A DNA stretch of 64,000 bases from Candidatus Firestoneibacteriota bacterium. GTDB lineage: Bacteria > Oederibacteriota > D2-FULL-39-29 > JBBTED01. Under the pieces are notes generated by a model that saw nothing but the letters and a program-made list of their open reading frames with translations, did not search any database and was not told the origin of the DNA. The stretch spans positions 6,287-70,286 of the forward strand of contig JBBTED010000072.1 in the NCBI GenBank assembly GCA_038042445.1, given 5' to 3'. Made by a program: the position numbers and the translations under genes. Shown here piece by piece: positions 61,915 through 64,000 of this stretch (its first letter is position 1; every line of letters begins with the position of its first letter).

Positions 61915-62711
61915 TTTTCTAATTTGGGGCCATAAAGTACTAACATTTCTTCAAGTGTATTTTTCTCTATTGCCGGTGTTATATTTCCATTCATAGCCAA
62001 AGATATAGTTTTCAATTCTTCTGATATAACAACCACTATTGCATCTGTTTCCTCAGTTACACCAAGTGCAGCACGATGACGCATTCCAAGTGCTTTATCA
62101 ATATTTGTGTTTTGTGTCAGAGGCAAAACACATCCAGCAGCCACTATTCTGCCATTTTTTAGTATTACTGCTCCATCATGCAATATTGTCTTTGGAAAAA
62201 ATATTGTCAATAATAATTCAACACTTAATTCACTATCTAATTTTGTCCCTGTATCTATGTAATTTTTAAGACTTGTTTCTCTTTCTATTACTATAAGCCC
62301 GCCAATTTTCTTTTTTTTCATCACTCCTGATGCTTCAGCAATTTTATGATAAATCTCACTTTCATTTTTAAAAAGAAATGTTCTGAATAATTTCCTTCTG
62401 CCAATTTCAATTAATGTCTGTCTTAATTCTGGCTGAAACATTATAACAAACACTACTATGAATATTGGCCAGATAGCATTTATAATCCAGGTAATTGTAG
62501 TAAACTTTAACCTTTGTGCAATGAATGCAATAACAAACAAAACTACAAGACCTTTTAACATCTGCATAGCACGTGTTTCTTTTATCAACAGGAAAATATA
62601 ATAAATAACAAATGACATTATTAAAATATCTATTGCATCCTGCCACCTGAAAAGCGGGAAACTTCCAATAACAAATTCTGCCACTTTTGTTATCCAGTTA
62701 AAAATTTTCAT
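61911..62711 (-). CDS. cdaA: Diadenylate cyclase CdaA/DacA
   Basis: Three TM, FQPELR, LHDGAV, GMRHRAA, VISEE. Confidence 0.95.
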   Translation of the reverse strand: MKIFNWITKVAEFVIGSFPLFRWQDAIDILIMSFVIYYIFLLIKETRAMQMLKGLVVLFVIAFIAQRLKFTTITWIINAIWPIFIVVFVIMFQPELRQTLIEIGRRKLFRTFLFKNESEIYHKIAEASGVMKKKKIGGLIVIERETSLKNYIDTGTKLDSELSVELLLTIFFPKTILHDGAVILKNGRIVAAGCVLPLTQNTNIDKALGMRHRAALGVTEETDAIVVVISEELKTISLAMNGNITPAIEKNTLEEMLVLYGPKLEK

Positions 62712-63580
62712 TCGCCTATACGAATCTCCTTTGGATATTTAATTGCATCAGCTATTTTTATTACTCGTTTCATTTCTTTTATATCGTGAACTCTAACTAT
62801 ATCTGCTCCATTCATAATACCTATGGCAACACTTGCAGCTGTTCCTTCTAAACGTTCATTAACAGGTAAATTTAAAATATTACCTATAAATGATTTTCGT
62901 GACGTACCAAGTAAAATAGGTCTGCCTATACTTTTAAAAGCAGACAATTTTCTTATTATTTCAAGATTATGTTCTATAGTTTTACCAAACCCAATACCAG
63001 GGTCAATAATTATTTTGTCTTCCTTAATTCCATTTACTTTTGCAATATCAATTGATTTTTTAAAATATGCAATTATTTCTCCAATCAAATCTTTATATTG
63101 TGGATTCGCCTGCATTGTCTTTGGAGTTCCTAACATATGCATTACAATTATACCTGCATCATACTTTGCAACTAATTTAGCAAGTTGTTCGTTATTATGC
63201 AACCCTGTAATATCATTTATTATATCCGCTCCTGCCTCTAAAACTTCTTTTGCAACTTCAGGTTTGTAAGTATCAATTGAAATTGGAATTTTAATTTTTT
63301 TTACAAGTTCTTTTAATACAGGCATTATTCTGTTTAATTCTTCTTTGGCAGAAATAGTGTCAGAACCAGGACGAGATGATTCACCACCAATATCAATTAT
63401 ATCCGCACCATCTTTTTCCAATTCCAAAGCCTTTTCCAAAGCAATTTCAGGATCTAAATATTTCCCCCCATCAGAAAATGAATCAGGAGTAATGTTTAAT
63501 ATTCCCATACAAAAAGTTTTTTTGCCAAATTCTAAGGTATGTTTTCTAACTGAAACAACTGAATGGTTTTTATTACTCAT
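62708..63580 (-). CDS. folP: Dihydropteroate synthase
   Basis: MGILNITPDSFSDGG, DIGGESSRPG, DPGIGFGK, SRKSF, VRVHD. Confidence 0.97.
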   Translation of the reverse strand: MSNKNHSVVSVRKHTLEFGKKTFCMGILNITPDSFSDGGKYLDPEIALEKALELEKDGADIIDIGGESSRPGSDTISAKEELNRIMPVLKELVKKIKIPISIDTYKPEVAKEVLEAGADIINDITGLHNNEQLAKLVAKYDAGIIVMHMLGTPKTMQANPQYKDLIGEIIAYFKKSIDIAKVNGIKEDKIIIDPGIGFGKTIEHNLEIIRKLSAFKSIGRPILLGTSRKSFIGNILNLPVNERLEGTAASVAIGIMNGADIVRVHDIKEMKRVIKIADAIKYPKEIRIGE

Positions 63581-64000
63581 TAATATATAATAACCAATAT
63601 TTCAATACTTCTCAATAAAAAAATAGTTGAATGTCTTTTGTTAATATTTCCTTGTTGCCTCACATAAAAACCTATATGAAATATTATGATAAAATAAGTC
63701 TATTTTTTGAAGGGAAAACTTTTTGGGCATCAGTTTCATCAATGTTTTATCCCTGTTCAATTTATATTTTAGGCAATTTAGTTCTAAAAAATACTCTCTA
63801 ATTTTAATTTTAAAGGACGATTGCTATGTCAGTAAGGTCATTACACCTTTCCTTTTAAATTTAATCTCATAGACTACCTCCTTTTTCTATAGAGATAGCC
63901 TATTTTACTTAAATTTTCATATAGATTTTTGATGAGGCAAAACGATGTGGAGTTTCCCCAAAATTTCGTTAGGAAATGGTATAAGTTCTTTAAAATCAAG

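Noticed and set aside
63841..63870. Nine-codon ORF MRLNLKGKV behind a strong AGGAGGT RBS (minus strand)
   Set aside because: Too short to support; could be a gene remnant, and context is cut by the window edge

Overview
AT-rich (roughly 30% GC by eye) chromosomal segment, mostly minus-strand, from a diderm bacterium (secretin, OM beta-barrel). The gene mix (rny-ymdB, cdaA-cdaR, pdxJ, orphan flbD-motAB) would fit an Elusimicrobiota-related candidate lineage, which is inference only. Left to right: a glycosylation cluster with three GT-C enzymes (1-12.2 kb); corA-ymdB-rny and an MFS; an acetoin/pyruvate dehydrogenase E1a-E1b-E2 operon with a DeoR regulator; a fused three-gene pilMN-pilOP-pilQ operon; a small TA/pseudogene patch; a lipoprotein plus beta-barrel pair; punA; a 13 kb defence island (AAA_14, YhcG, a three-gene TA-like module, a split type IIG-like N6-methyltransferase, Bro-N, PLD-SNF2 helicase); thrS; RelBE; a PD40 propeller protein; orphan flbD-motA-motB; Fic; glcD/glcF; a BrnT-like TA; recQ; ATP-dependent ligase; pdxJ; cdaR-cdaA; folP. 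No rRNA, tRNA, CRISPR array, integrase or transposase was seen. Most notable unannotated signals: (1) copies of gene 3' ends bracket defence/TA cargo at two loci (methyltransferase tail, DMT transporter tail); (2) a TIGR04255-like + extended DUF433 + DUF5615 triad resembles a toxin-antitoxin-chaperone system; (3) several families of palindromic repeats are dense here, and some sit in frame inside the methyltransferase, with a frameshift at one of them.
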